A stretch of 64,000 nt of DNA, taken from contig MNZJ01000012.1 in NCBI GenBank assembly GCA_001873565.1, positions 439 through 64,438 of the forward strand, given 5' to 3'. The first letter of the stretch is position 1. The number at the start of each line of letters is the position of its first letter. The notes beneath the pieces were generated by a model. It was not told where the DNA came from and ran no database searches. It was given only the letters and a program-made list of their open reading frames with translations. The position numbers and the translations under genes are program-made. Source of the DNA: Candidatus Peregrinibacteria bacterium CG2_30_44_17 (GTDB taxonomy: Bacteria > Patescibacteriota > Gracilibacteria > UBA1369 > UBA12470). Of the stretch, positions 1-6,995 are shown in pieces.

Positions 1-48
1 TTTGGGGTCTTTTTAGCTACATGCTGTGTTGGCGATACGCGCGTTTTA

Positions 49-57
49 TGGTATAAT
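49..57 (+). promoter_or_regulatory. Extended -10 promoter element TGGTATAAT, placed so that the ATG at 64 is about 7 nt downstream (a leaderless or near-leaderless mRNA)
   Basis: tggtataat lies at 49-57. The same 9-mer recurs at 29939-29947. The gap to the ATG at 64 equals the usual -10 to TSS spacing. Confidence 0.4.
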
Positions 58-63
58 TAAACG

Positions 64-1107
64 ATGACACCTGAATCAAAACAACCAGTAGAACTGAGAC
101 CTCATCACCTTGAGAGAATTTTGCAACATGTTACTTGGAAAGAAATGGGCGAGCGAATGGATGCTCAGGGCGACCTTAGTGCTGATCAACTCAGGAACTT
201 GGAAGAAGAACGAACTATGTACGGAACTTTAACTCGAGCTTTGGATTCCGATCCTGATGCTACAGTTGTATTTGTCAGAGGGTTTGATTCTCTCTGTCGT
301 AGATTTTGCGACACTAGCGCATGTAAACAGTATCAAGCAATAATGGAAACTGATCGGGTAGTGGCTGAAGAATTGGGACTCGAATTTGATAGACCTTATA
401 GGGTTGTTGACGTGCTTAATGCTTTGCAATATGAAAAAGATGAAAATCCTCGCACTTATTTCGCTATTGCCAGAGGTCATGAGCGATTATCAGAATGGAG
501 AAGCTCTGTTAGGAAGTTGTCTTTAAGGGCAATAGGTATAACACCAAATGACACCATCATAGAACAAAGTTTACTTGGCTCAGGTGGAGATATAGCGGAA
601 TCCTTAATGCTAGATCGCACATTAACAAAGAAATTTTTGGAACCAGGATTCCCTTCTGTGCCACCTCCACCAAATCCAGAAGCTTCAGTTGTCCCTTTGT
701 ATTACCCAGACACAGGTATGCTGGCTGGTAGATTAGTTGTAACAACAATGGATGATGGAAGAATAGAGTATAGCATGTTGGGCAGGTTTTCTTCTGAAGA
801 AGATGCAGCAAACGAAGCAGGCGGTGATTTACCAGACACATTAAAAAAAATTGAATTTATCAGAAGAATTGCGGGCAGAAGAGAGGATGGTCCATTGAAA
901 CAAGCTGTTACTCTTTCTGAAAGCGATGTAAAAGAAATGCAACAGCTAGGGTTAAAAGCGACTCCTCATGATCCGCGTAAGCCTCGAAAAAGCAAGGCGG
1001 GTTATGATACTGTAGCATTAACACTCCCTGATGGTAGCCGCTGTAATCTGTTAGTTAGCAAGAAAGATGACAATGAGGCGATGGATTTTTTGTTAGAAAC
1101 AGCATAG
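64..1107 (+). CDS. Hypothetical protein with a DUF1284-like Cys/His-rich N-terminal domain and an unknown C-terminal half
   Basis: 347-aa ORF. The N-terminus reads LRPHHL ... VVFVRGFDSLCRRFCDTSACKQ ... ETDRVVAEELGLEF, which matches my recollection of the DUF1284 pattern (RxHHL, DxxC..C, D..VL..LGL). The C-terminal 200 aa are not recognisable. Confidence 0.55.
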   Translation: MTPESKQPVELRPHHLERILQHVTWKEMGERMDAQGDLSADQLRNLEEERTMYGTLTRALDSDPDATVVFVRGFDSLCRRFCDTSACKQYQAIMETDRVVAEELGLEFDRPYRVVDVLNALQYEKDENPRTYFAIARGHERLSEWRSSVRKLSLRAIGITPNDTIIEQSLLGSGGDIAESLMLDRTLTKKFLEPGFPSVPPPPNPEASVVPLYYPDTGMLAGRLVVTTMDDGRIEYSMLGRFSSEEDAANEAGGDLPDTLKKIEFIRRIAGRREDGPLKQAVTLSESDVKEMQQLGLKATPHDPRKPRKSKAGYDTVALTLPDGSRCNLLVSKKDDNEAMDFLLETA

Positions 1108-1178
1108 AGCTCTAAAAAACCCTATTGTAAAGCTAAAGAGCTAATCGCCCAAACCACAACGAAACTTCCTGGAAAACC

Positions 1179-1255
1179 TCAAACTTACCCCTCAACATCT
1201 CCAGATAGCCCCTATCTGTAAGGAAAGTTCTAACAACTGCGTGTCGGGGACACCA
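1179..1255 (+). repeat. Copy A of an approximately 80-nt intergenic repeat family (caaact.acccctca ... cc.tatctgt ... gtcgggg.cacca)
   Basis: It aligns by eye with 2917-2990 and 3359-3439, all in the same orientation. Copy A is the most diverged. Confidence 0.6.
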
Positions 1256-1276
1256 CTTAGGACGTTAATCGACCTT

Positions 1277-2806
1277 TTAATTGGTTTTACGATAAACACA
1301 AATATTCTTAAGTCCCAATTTGTAGCTATCGACGAAAACTTCTCGGACATCTGATACAGTCGCTGCACGAGGCATATTGACCGTTTTTGAAGCCGATTCA
1401 TCGAACACTCCGGTGTCTGTACCAACCAAATCTCTCATCATTAAAAGATGTCCTCTTGATGGAACTTCGTGTGCAGTTTTAAGTGCTGGCTCTAATGAGG
1501 GGGAAACTCCAAGAAGTAAAGATGATCTTCCTGTCGGGGGCAATGTTGTTGTCAAAATATTGCGTAACTGTCGGCGTTGTCTTATAGATTCAGCTAAAAG
1601 AGTCCAATCATCAGCAGAAATAACTGCCGTGGGGTGCAAACCGAACTTGTCTTCTAGATATCGACCATCGGTGTAAGCATTGTGCCCTTCCATTGCACCA
1701 CAAGAACCTCTAGAACTTGCCAGCTCGAAAGAAGCTTCTTTTGACCCGAAATTAATAGCAGATAATATGTCCCTCGCAACAGAGCGAGACTCGTCAGAAT
1801 CGTAATTCAAGCCCATCAAGATTAATAAATCGGATAATCCGCATATACCAATACCCAACCTCCTTTTAGACTGTGCAACGTCCCGACTTTCTGCATGAGG
1901 GAAATGATTTAAACTTGCTTGAACAGCATTATCAAGGGCTCTCGTCATGAGTTTTACAGCAGATGTAAGTCCTCCATAATTGTATGTCGACCCAGTTAAG
2001 AAATGGGCTACATTGATATATCCTAACTGATTAGTTTCCCCAGGGACCATGCCTGTTTCACAACATGTCGGTACAGAGGTGTAAGGTAAATGAGAGACGG
2101 GATTATCTCGGTTCATCCTGTCTAGAAAAACTATGCCAGGATCACCCGTTTCCCAGGCGGAAGTAGCAATTTCATCAAGGATGTCGGAGGCATTGACTAG
2201 CGTCCCATCACTCAAAGTAATATCTGTGCCACTCAAAGCCGCCTCCATAAAAGCTTCGGTAACATCAACAGATAAATTGAAATAAGTAATCTCAGGATGT
2301 TCTTTTTTTGCGCGAATAAAGCGCAAGACATGAGGATGGAAACAGGAAAGCATCGCCATATTTCCAATATATCTCTGATATTGTCCTGTTTGTGTTTCTT
2401 TATCACAAAATTTATTCAAAGCCAATAAATGTCCCACAGGATCATTATATCCACTTAAATTAAACCCAAGTCCCATATTTTTTTGATAATAGGCTCGAAC
2501 AATATCAAGCGATCCGTCTTGAGTAAGATCAAGAGTAGGAGCAACAGCACATGATGATAATGGTAACTGACGTCCAGCATTGGTCATGCCAGGTGTTCCG
2601 GGGATACAGGCTCCGGACATAATCAGATCTCTAAAATCTGCTTTGAGTCTATGGACTACAGCTGATTGTGTCCCAAATTGTACTTCAGGGGCAAAAAAAG
2701 TATCAACAATCCGATCAAGCAACTCATCAGGTTGTTCTCCTGGCAGGAGAATACGGCCTGTCACCAAAACATCACTCCTATGCATGCCCAAAGCATTGAA
2801 TGCCAT
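1277..2806 (-). CDS. Short class II (B12-dependent type) ribonucleotide reductase-like protein
   Basis: 509 aa. RNR core motifs are present: LPLSSCAV; VPTCCETGMVPGETNQLGYINV (compare NPCGE...CNLGSINL); RRLGIGICGLSDLL; TLPPTGRSSLLLGVSPSLEP; TVNMPRAATVSDV...LGLKNICVYR. There is no ATP-cone. Confidence 0.75.
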   Translation of the reverse strand: MAFNALGMHRSDVLVTGRILLPGEQPDELLDRIVDTFFAPEVQFGTQSAVVHRLKADFRDLIMSGACIPGTPGMTNAGRQLPLSSCAVAPTLDLTQDGSLDIVRAYYQKNMGLGFNLSGYNDPVGHLLALNKFCDKETQTGQYQRYIGNMAMLSCFHPHVLRFIRAKKEHPEITYFNLSVDVTEAFMEAALSGTDITLSDGTLVNASDILDEIATSAWETGDPGIVFLDRMNRDNPVSHLPYTSVPTCCETGMVPGETNQLGYINVAHFLTGSTYNYGGLTSAVKLMTRALDNAVQASLNHFPHAESRDVAQSKRRLGIGICGLSDLLILMGLNYDSDESRSVARDILSAINFGSKEASFELASSRGSCGAMEGHNAYTDGRYLEDKFGLHPTAVISADDWTLLAESIRQRRQLRNILTTTLPPTGRSSLLLGVSPSLEPALKTAHEVPSRGHLLMMRDLVGTDTGVFDESASKTVNMPRAATVSDVREVFVDSYKLGLKNICVYRKTN

Positions 2807-2916
2807 TCGATCAATTTATTTTATAGAGAAGGAATGTACACTTGAATTTTAAAGAACACTAGCTGAAGTATGAAAGACAGAACGGTTGCATAAAACTGAT
2901 GCAACTCCGTAATCCG

Positions 2917-2990
2917 TCCAAACTCCACCCTCAATCCCCCCAGATACCCTTATCCATCAGCAAATTTTTGATAACCGCTTGTCGTGGAAT
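2917..2990 (+). repeat. Copy B of the approximately 80-nt intergenic repeat family
   Basis: tccaaactccaccctcaa ... cccttatccatcagcaaatttttgataaccgcttgtcgtgg is nearly identical to copy C across the 3' 45 nt. Confidence 0.65.
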
Positions 2991-3042
2991 ATTATACGAA
3001 ATAAACCATTCAATAGTTTGATAAAAATCAAAGCTTAAATCA

Positions 3043-3348
3043 TTGACCGATATAATCAGCGAAGAGTATGTTGACATCCCACTCGGTACAAAAAACGCCA
3101 TGAACGAAGAAAAAATAATAGAAATGCTTCTCGATCACGAGGGTCGACTAGAACGAATCGAAAAAAATATGGCAACTAAGCAAGATCTGGCGAAAATATC
3201 TGGAACATTGGATCAAATTTTGGAAATTAGCATGAGTAACTCACAAGAGATCAAAATGACTCATCGGTCTATAGAGAGGTTAGATAATAAAGCCTCCGAA
3301 CACGACAAAGCTATAGGACGAATACAACACAAGCTGGGTTTTGCATAA
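3043..3348 (+). CDS. Hypothetical small coiled-coil protein (TTG start at 3043, or ATG at 3100)
   Basis: 101-aa ORF with heptad-like charged sequence (EGRLERIEKNMATKQDLAKISGTLDQI). I recognise no family. It is flanked by repeat copies B and C. Confidence 0.45.
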   Translation: MTDIISEEYVDIPLGTKNAMNEEKIIEMLLDHEGRLERIEKNMATKQDLAKISGTLDQILEISMSNSQEIKMTHRSIERLDNKASEHDKAIGRIQHKLGFA

Positions 3349-3358
3349 GATCAAACAG

Positions 3359-3439
3359 TGCAAACTCACCCCTCAGCTACAGGGAGAACAGCCCCTTATC
3401 TGTCGGCGAATTTTTGATAACCGCTTGTCGGGGGCACCA
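3359..3439 (+). repeat. Copy C of the approximately 80-nt intergenic repeat family
   Basis: tgcaaactcacccctcag ... ccccttatctgtcggcgaatttttgataaccgcttgtcgggggcacca. Confidence 0.65.
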
Positions 3440-3482
3440 GGCCTTACTTAATAGAACCAGCTATTGGGTCTTTTAAAAAAAC

Positions 3483-3511
3483 TTGACCTCGTACCACAAA
3501 CGGGATACAAT
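3483..3511 (+). promoter_or_regulatory. Sigma70-type promoter for the toxin-antitoxin pair (TTGACC, 17 nt, TACAAT)
   Basis: ttgacc lies at 3483-3488 and tacaat at 3506-3511, with exactly 17 nt between them. Direct repeats cgtaccacaaac / cgtacaaac overlap and follow it. Confidence 0.6.
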
Positions 3512-3540
3512 TTAAGCGTACAAACTAATCTCTATAAATT

Positions 3541-3780
3541 ATGGCAACCAAAACAGCAATGATTCGCGCTCGCATGAAGCCGGAATTAAAAAACAAGGCA
3601 GAAACGATACTCGAAAGCCTGGGTCTCAAGCCTACAGAAGCGATAACGATGTTTTATACTCAAATTGTGCTAAAAAAAGGAGTGCCATTTAGTCTAGATC
3701 TTGAGACAGAAGATACCTCCGGCAACTATACATCTGTGAGTTCCGATGATGATCTTAAATCTTTACTTGGCTTGAACTAA
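3541..3780 (+). CDS. relB: RelB/DinJ-family type II antitoxin
   Basis: MATKTAMIRARMKPELKNKAETILESLGLKPTEAITMFYTQIVLKKGVPF matches the DinJ ribbon-helix-helix N-terminus. Its stop overlaps the toxin start (TAATG). Confidence 0.85.
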   Translation: MATKTAMIRARMKPELKNKAETILESLGLKPTEAITMFYTQIVLKKGVPFSLDLETEDTSGNYTSVSSDDDLKSLLGLN

Positions 3781-4052
3781 TGTACCAACTGCATATCCAT
3801 AAGGATGCTGAAAAAGCTTTTAAAAAAGCTCCAAAGCGCATAAGAGAAAAAGCATTTATTTGCTTAAAACATTTTAGAGATAATGGGGTCAAAGATTGTC
3901 CGTATTCTATCGATACGCTGAAAGGCAAGTTTAAGAAATTCAAATATCTCGAAGCTAAGATCGGCAAAGATTATAGGATTGTTTTTAGAATAAATGAGCA
4001 GGATATTTATATCCGATACGCAGGAACGCATAATGCGTTGGGGACAGGGTAG
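3780..4052 (+). CDS. relE: RelE/YafQ-family type II toxin (mRNA interferase)
   Basis: 90 aa and basic. The KGKFKKFKYLEAKIGKDYRIVFRINEQDIYIRYAGTHNAL C-terminus resembles YafQ/RelE. It is translationally coupled to the antitoxin. Confidence 0.8.
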   Translation: MYQLHIHKDAEKAFKKAPKRIREKAFICLKHFRDNGVKDCPYSIDTLKGKFKKFKYLEAKIGKDYRIVFRINEQDIYIRYAGTHNALGTG

Positions 4053-4070
4053 TAGATTGTTAATCTATCT

Positions 4071-4601
4071 CTACCCCATGATATAAGAATCACGGAAGGA
4101 GCCATTTATAAGAGATTCTCGGGTTATAGTCCCTTCTTTTTTAAAGCCAAATTTTTCATATAGTCTTATGGCTTTCTTGTTCTCGGTATCAACTTTGAGA
4201 TTGATTTTGCGAATAACGTCTGTTGTTTTAGCCCATTCAATCAAAGTCTCAATAATATTTGTGCCAATTTTAAGATTCCAAAACTCTTTCAAGACTGTAA
4301 TGCCAAACTCGCCAGCATGCCTGGTCCTGGGTCTGGAGCCTCCATCAAAATTAGCGATAGAAACAACTCTGTCATCTATGGTGCTGACAAGAGAAAGCTT
4401 GTTATCAGTTTTTCTGTATTGTTTTATGACTTTTTTTTCTTCTTCTAAAGTCGGTCTGAATTCTCCCGGGCCGAAGGTCAAGAAATCAGATTCAGAGGCT
4501 ACTTTCTCGAGATATTCGATACAGGAAGCTGCATCGTCGGATTTTCCTTCGCGAATAATCAAGAGCAGCCCATTCTCTAGTTGGATATATTTTGGTAACA
4601 T
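4071..4601 (-). CDS. GNAT-family N-acetyltransferase
   Basis: 176 aa with an acetyl-CoA binding region, ...NLKVDTENKKAIRLYEKFGFKKEGT... Confidence 0.8.
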   Translation of the reverse strand: MLPKYIQLENGLLLIIREGKSDDAASCIEYLEKVASESDFLTFGPGEFRPTLEEEKKVIKQYRKTDNKLSLVSTIDDRVVSIANFDGGSRPRTRHAGEFGITVLKEFWNLKIGTNIIETLIEWAKTTDVIRKINLKVDTENKKAIRLYEKFGFKKEGTITRESLINGSFRDSYIMG

Positions 4602-4605
4602 TATT

Positions 4606-5676
4606 TCAAATTATACTGTTTTGAGGGGATGGAAGTAAATCCTCAGCCATGTCTTCGATCAGCTTTTCTGTGTCCTCCCAAGAGAGGCACGGATCGGTTA
4701 TGGATAGGCCGCTCATATCGACTTCATGAGGCGCGCAGCCGTCAATTTTCTGGCTACCTTCTTTTATAAAACTCTCAAGCATAAATCCTTTGACCGTCTG
4801 CCGTAGCTCGGGATGGAAATGCAGGTTATTCATGACCTCGCGCACGACATCCATCTGGACGCGCGGATCTTTAACGTCGTTGATTTTGCAATTATCATGA
4901 CTCGCATCAACTATGATTGCAGGGTTAAGTACTCCTGCGTCACGAAGATATTTCTGGGATTTGTACAAACTTGCCAAATGGTAGTTAGGGCCGTGAGCTC
5001 CACCACGAAGGACCAAGTGAGCGTAAGGATTGCCCTTTGTCTCGACTTGGTATCCGTCAAAAACCGCAGTATGTGGACGCTGCGCTGCAATAACTCCATT
5101 AACACCGATTTTGATAGAGCCGCTTGTAGGATTTTTCATGCCAACCGGACATTCGAGTACAGATGCGTGGATCCTATGTTCTTGATCCTCGGAACTTCTG
5201 GCTCCGATTGCAATCCAAGTGAGCAAACCTGCAAAAGCCTTGGAGTTATGGGTGAAAAGCGCTTCGTCGGCTATCGGCAGTCCCATCTCTACAAGCTTAA
5301 CCATGAGGTCGCGAGTGTAAACTACGCCTTTCTCTATATCTGGCTCCGAAAAAGGATCTGGCTGATTGACAGGCCCGGTCCATCCAACGGTAGTACGAGG
5401 TTTTTGAATATAAACGCGTAATACAAGTTTGAGTTTATCCTTAACCTTCTCGTTTAAAGCAAGGAGACGGCGACCGTATTCGATGAGTGCATCGGCGGGC
5501 CATGCCGAGCAAGGTCCTGTGATAACTATCAGTCGGTCATCTTTGCCGGAAAGTATATCCATAACTTCTTTGCGATCTTGAATAACTCTGGCGGTCCCTT
5601 CGGCAGAAAGAGGATTTGCCGCAATGACTTCGTCATCGCTTGGTAATTTTTTGATTGTTTTGATTGTATCCATCAT
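4606..5676 (-). CDS. aroG: 3-deoxy-7-phosphoheptulonate (DAHP) synthase, class I alpha (AroG/F/H type)
   Basis: ITGPCSAWPADALIEYGRRLLAL...RVYIQKPRTTVGWTGP...IGARSSEDQEHR...CPVGMKNPTSG...LRGG...DASHDN is collinear with E. coli AroG. The likely ATG is at 5676; the ORF track begins at a TTG at 5709. Confidence 0.9.
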   Translation of the reverse strand: MMDTIKTIKKLPSDDEVIAANPLSAEGTARVIQDRKEVMDILSGKDDRLIVITGPCSAWPADALIEYGRRLLALNEKVKDKLKLVLRVYIQKPRTTVGWTGPVNQPDPFSEPDIEKGVVYTRDLMVKLVEMGLPIADEALFTHNSKAFAGLLTWIAIGARSSEDQEHRIHASVLECPVGMKNPTSGSIKIGVNGVIAAQRPHTAVFDGYQVETKGNPYAHLVLRGGAHGPNYHLASLYKSQKYLRDAGVLNPAIIVDASHDNCKINDVKDPRVQMDVVREVMNNLHFHPELRQTVKGFMLESFIKEGSQKIDGCAPHEVDMSGLSITDPCLSWEDTEKLIEDMAEDLLPSPQNSII

Positions 5677-5750
5677 ATGTAAGCATTTAAAAAGTAAAAC
5701 CTGCTTCAATCAAAGCAGAAATGATGTGCGGGGGGAAGAGCGAGTGCCTG

Positions 5751-5978
5751 CTACTTCTTACCCCTGTTCTTGAAATAATAAATTAATCCGGCAGCGACAT
5801 CTATAAATACGACAAGACGAATAAGACCCTGGCCAACGAGATATCCTCTTTGTTCGCATTCGTAAGGCGTGACGCAGTCGGGAACTATAAGAGCCATACT
5901 TACCCCTAAAACAGAGGCGATAATAATCACATCGGCGAGAAGCAATTTGAGTATGAATTTTTTTAGACCGGACTTCAT
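5751..5978 (-). CDS. Small hypothetical membrane protein (2 TM)
   Basis: 75-aa ORF with two hydrophobic helices. I recognise no family. Confidence 0.4.
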   Translation of the reverse strand: MKSGLKKFILKLLLADVIIIASVLGVSMALIVPDCVTPYECEQRGYLVGQGLIRLVVFIDVAAGLIYYFKNRGKK

Positions 5979-6043
5979 AAGGTGTGATTATTTACCGAAA
6001 AACATTCTAGCAAAATGTCACTAGCTTTGGTAGTAAAAAAGTA

Positions 6044-6089
6044 TTGACGGTGAGTAAACCCTCACCTACAATGTGAGCGTATCCTCACC
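6044..6089 (+). promoter_or_regulatory. Near-consensus sigma70 promoter (TTGACG, 17 nt, TACAAT) with two GTGAG-N6-CTCAC inverted-repeat operators
   Basis: ttgacg lies at 6044-6049 and tacaat at 6067-6072. GGTGAGtaaaccCTCACC at 6049-6066 fills the spacer. tGTGAGcgtatcCTCACC at 6072-6089 covers the expected TSS. Confidence 0.55.
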
Positions 6090-6099
6090 ACCCAGTCAA

Positions 6100-6261
6100 A
6101 TGCAAACCTTCATACTTCTGTACATCGCAAAGATCGCCCTCGGCTTAATGCTTATCCCTCTATTTAGAGATTATAGGAGGAGGGAGCTTCGCCATGTGCG
6201 CGTACAAGCATGGCGAGACAGACACGGGAGTAGTAGGAGGTCGCACAGCACTTTATTCTAA
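6100..6261 (+). CDS. Possible small single-TM, Arg-rich protein between the operator-bearing promoter and lexA (the track ORF starts at GTG 6073)
   Basis: MQTFILLYIAKIALGLMLIPLFRDYRRRELRH... has one hydrophobic helix and a basic tail. There is no homology call, so it may be non-coding leader. Confidence 0.3.
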   Translation: MQTFILLYIAKIALGLMLIPLFRDYRRRELRHVRVQAWRDRHGSSRRSHSTLF

Positions 6262-6294
6262 CCCCTACCCACTATCTCGCGCGAAGCGCTCCAT

Positions 6295-6380
6295 CCCTAA
6301 ATCCTAAATCCTAAATCCTGCCATAAATAAACATTCCATTCACTAATCCCTAAATCCTAAGTCCTAAATCCTAAAAAAAC
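6295..6380 (+). repeat. Two blocks of tandem CCTAAAT heptamers (G-poor leader) immediately upstream of the lexA ATG
   Basis: ccctaaatcctaaatcctaaatcct at 6295-6319, and tccctaaatcctaagtcctaaatcctaaaaaaac at 6347-6380. Confidence 0.85.
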
Positions 6381-6995
6381 ATGCTCACCGAAAAACAATC
6401 AGCATTGCTCAAATTCATAGGCCGTTATCAAATGGAAAATGGCGCTTCACCAACTATTAAGGAGATGCGCGAACATTTTGGTGTAAGCTCCGACAATAGT
6501 ATCCTGAAACATCTCAATGCTTTGCAAGAGAAGGGTGAAATCGAGAAAGGAGATACGCCACGCAGCATCAAGATGCTAGGTAGCGTCAGGGAGATTATGG
6601 AGACGGCGAAGAATATAGTCAGCCTGCCTATCTTAAGTACGATTCCGGCAGGAGGAGCGACGATAGGAGAGCAGGAAGAGATAGGTCGAATGGAGCTGGG
6701 CAGTGACATGGTCAAGCGGCCGGATAGCTCGTTCATACTTCGCGTTACAGGGGAGAGTATGGAGGGGGCAGGAATATTTGCAGGCGATCACGTCATTGTA
6801 GGACAAGGAATCGAGCCAAAAGTAGGAGACATTGTAGTGGCTCTTGTTGACGGAGGTAGTACGCTAAAAAGTCTAGTAAAGACAGGAGGGAAATATTATC
6901 TACAGGCAGAAAATCCTGCCTATGAAGACATACATCCGCTCGAATCTCTAGAAGTTCAAGGCGTCGTGACGGGACTGATTAGGAGTTACTTATAA
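6381..6995 (+). CDS. lexA: LexA repressor (S24 autopeptidase)
   Basis: N-terminal winged HTH (SPTIKEMREHFGVSSDNSILKHLNALQEKGEI), then PILSTIPAGG, the Ser in VTGESMEGAGI and the Lys in GGSTLKSL. Confidence 0.9.
   Translation: MLTEKQSALLKFIGRYQMENGASPTIKEMREHFGVSSDNSILKHLNALQEKGEIEKGDTPRSIKMLGSVREIMETAKNIVSLPILSTIPAGGATIGEQEEIGRMELGSDMVKRPDSSFILRVTGESMEGAGIFAGDHVIVGQGIEPKVGDIVVALVDGGSTLKSLVKTGGKYYLQAENPAYEDIHPLESLEVQGVVTGLIRSYL

Noticed and set aside
4168-5421. Plus-strand ORFs 4168-4638 and 4813-5421, and many similar antisense or alternate-frame ORFs in the track (for example 229-480, 1377-1676, 8277-8951, 11493-11843, 12952-13266, 14276-15134, 15371-16096, 19036-19440, 20291-20893, 22005-22961, 33922-34221, 43716-44411, 45249-45859, 53578-54288)
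   Set aside because: Each lies entirely within a well-supported gene on the other strand or frame, and none shows a recognisable protein motif.
6295-6380. CCTAAAT arrays considered as a CRISPR array or telomere
   Set aside because: The unit length is 7 nt with no spacers. The arrays are very short and sit directly at start codons. There are no cas genes, and the context is a continuous chromosome.
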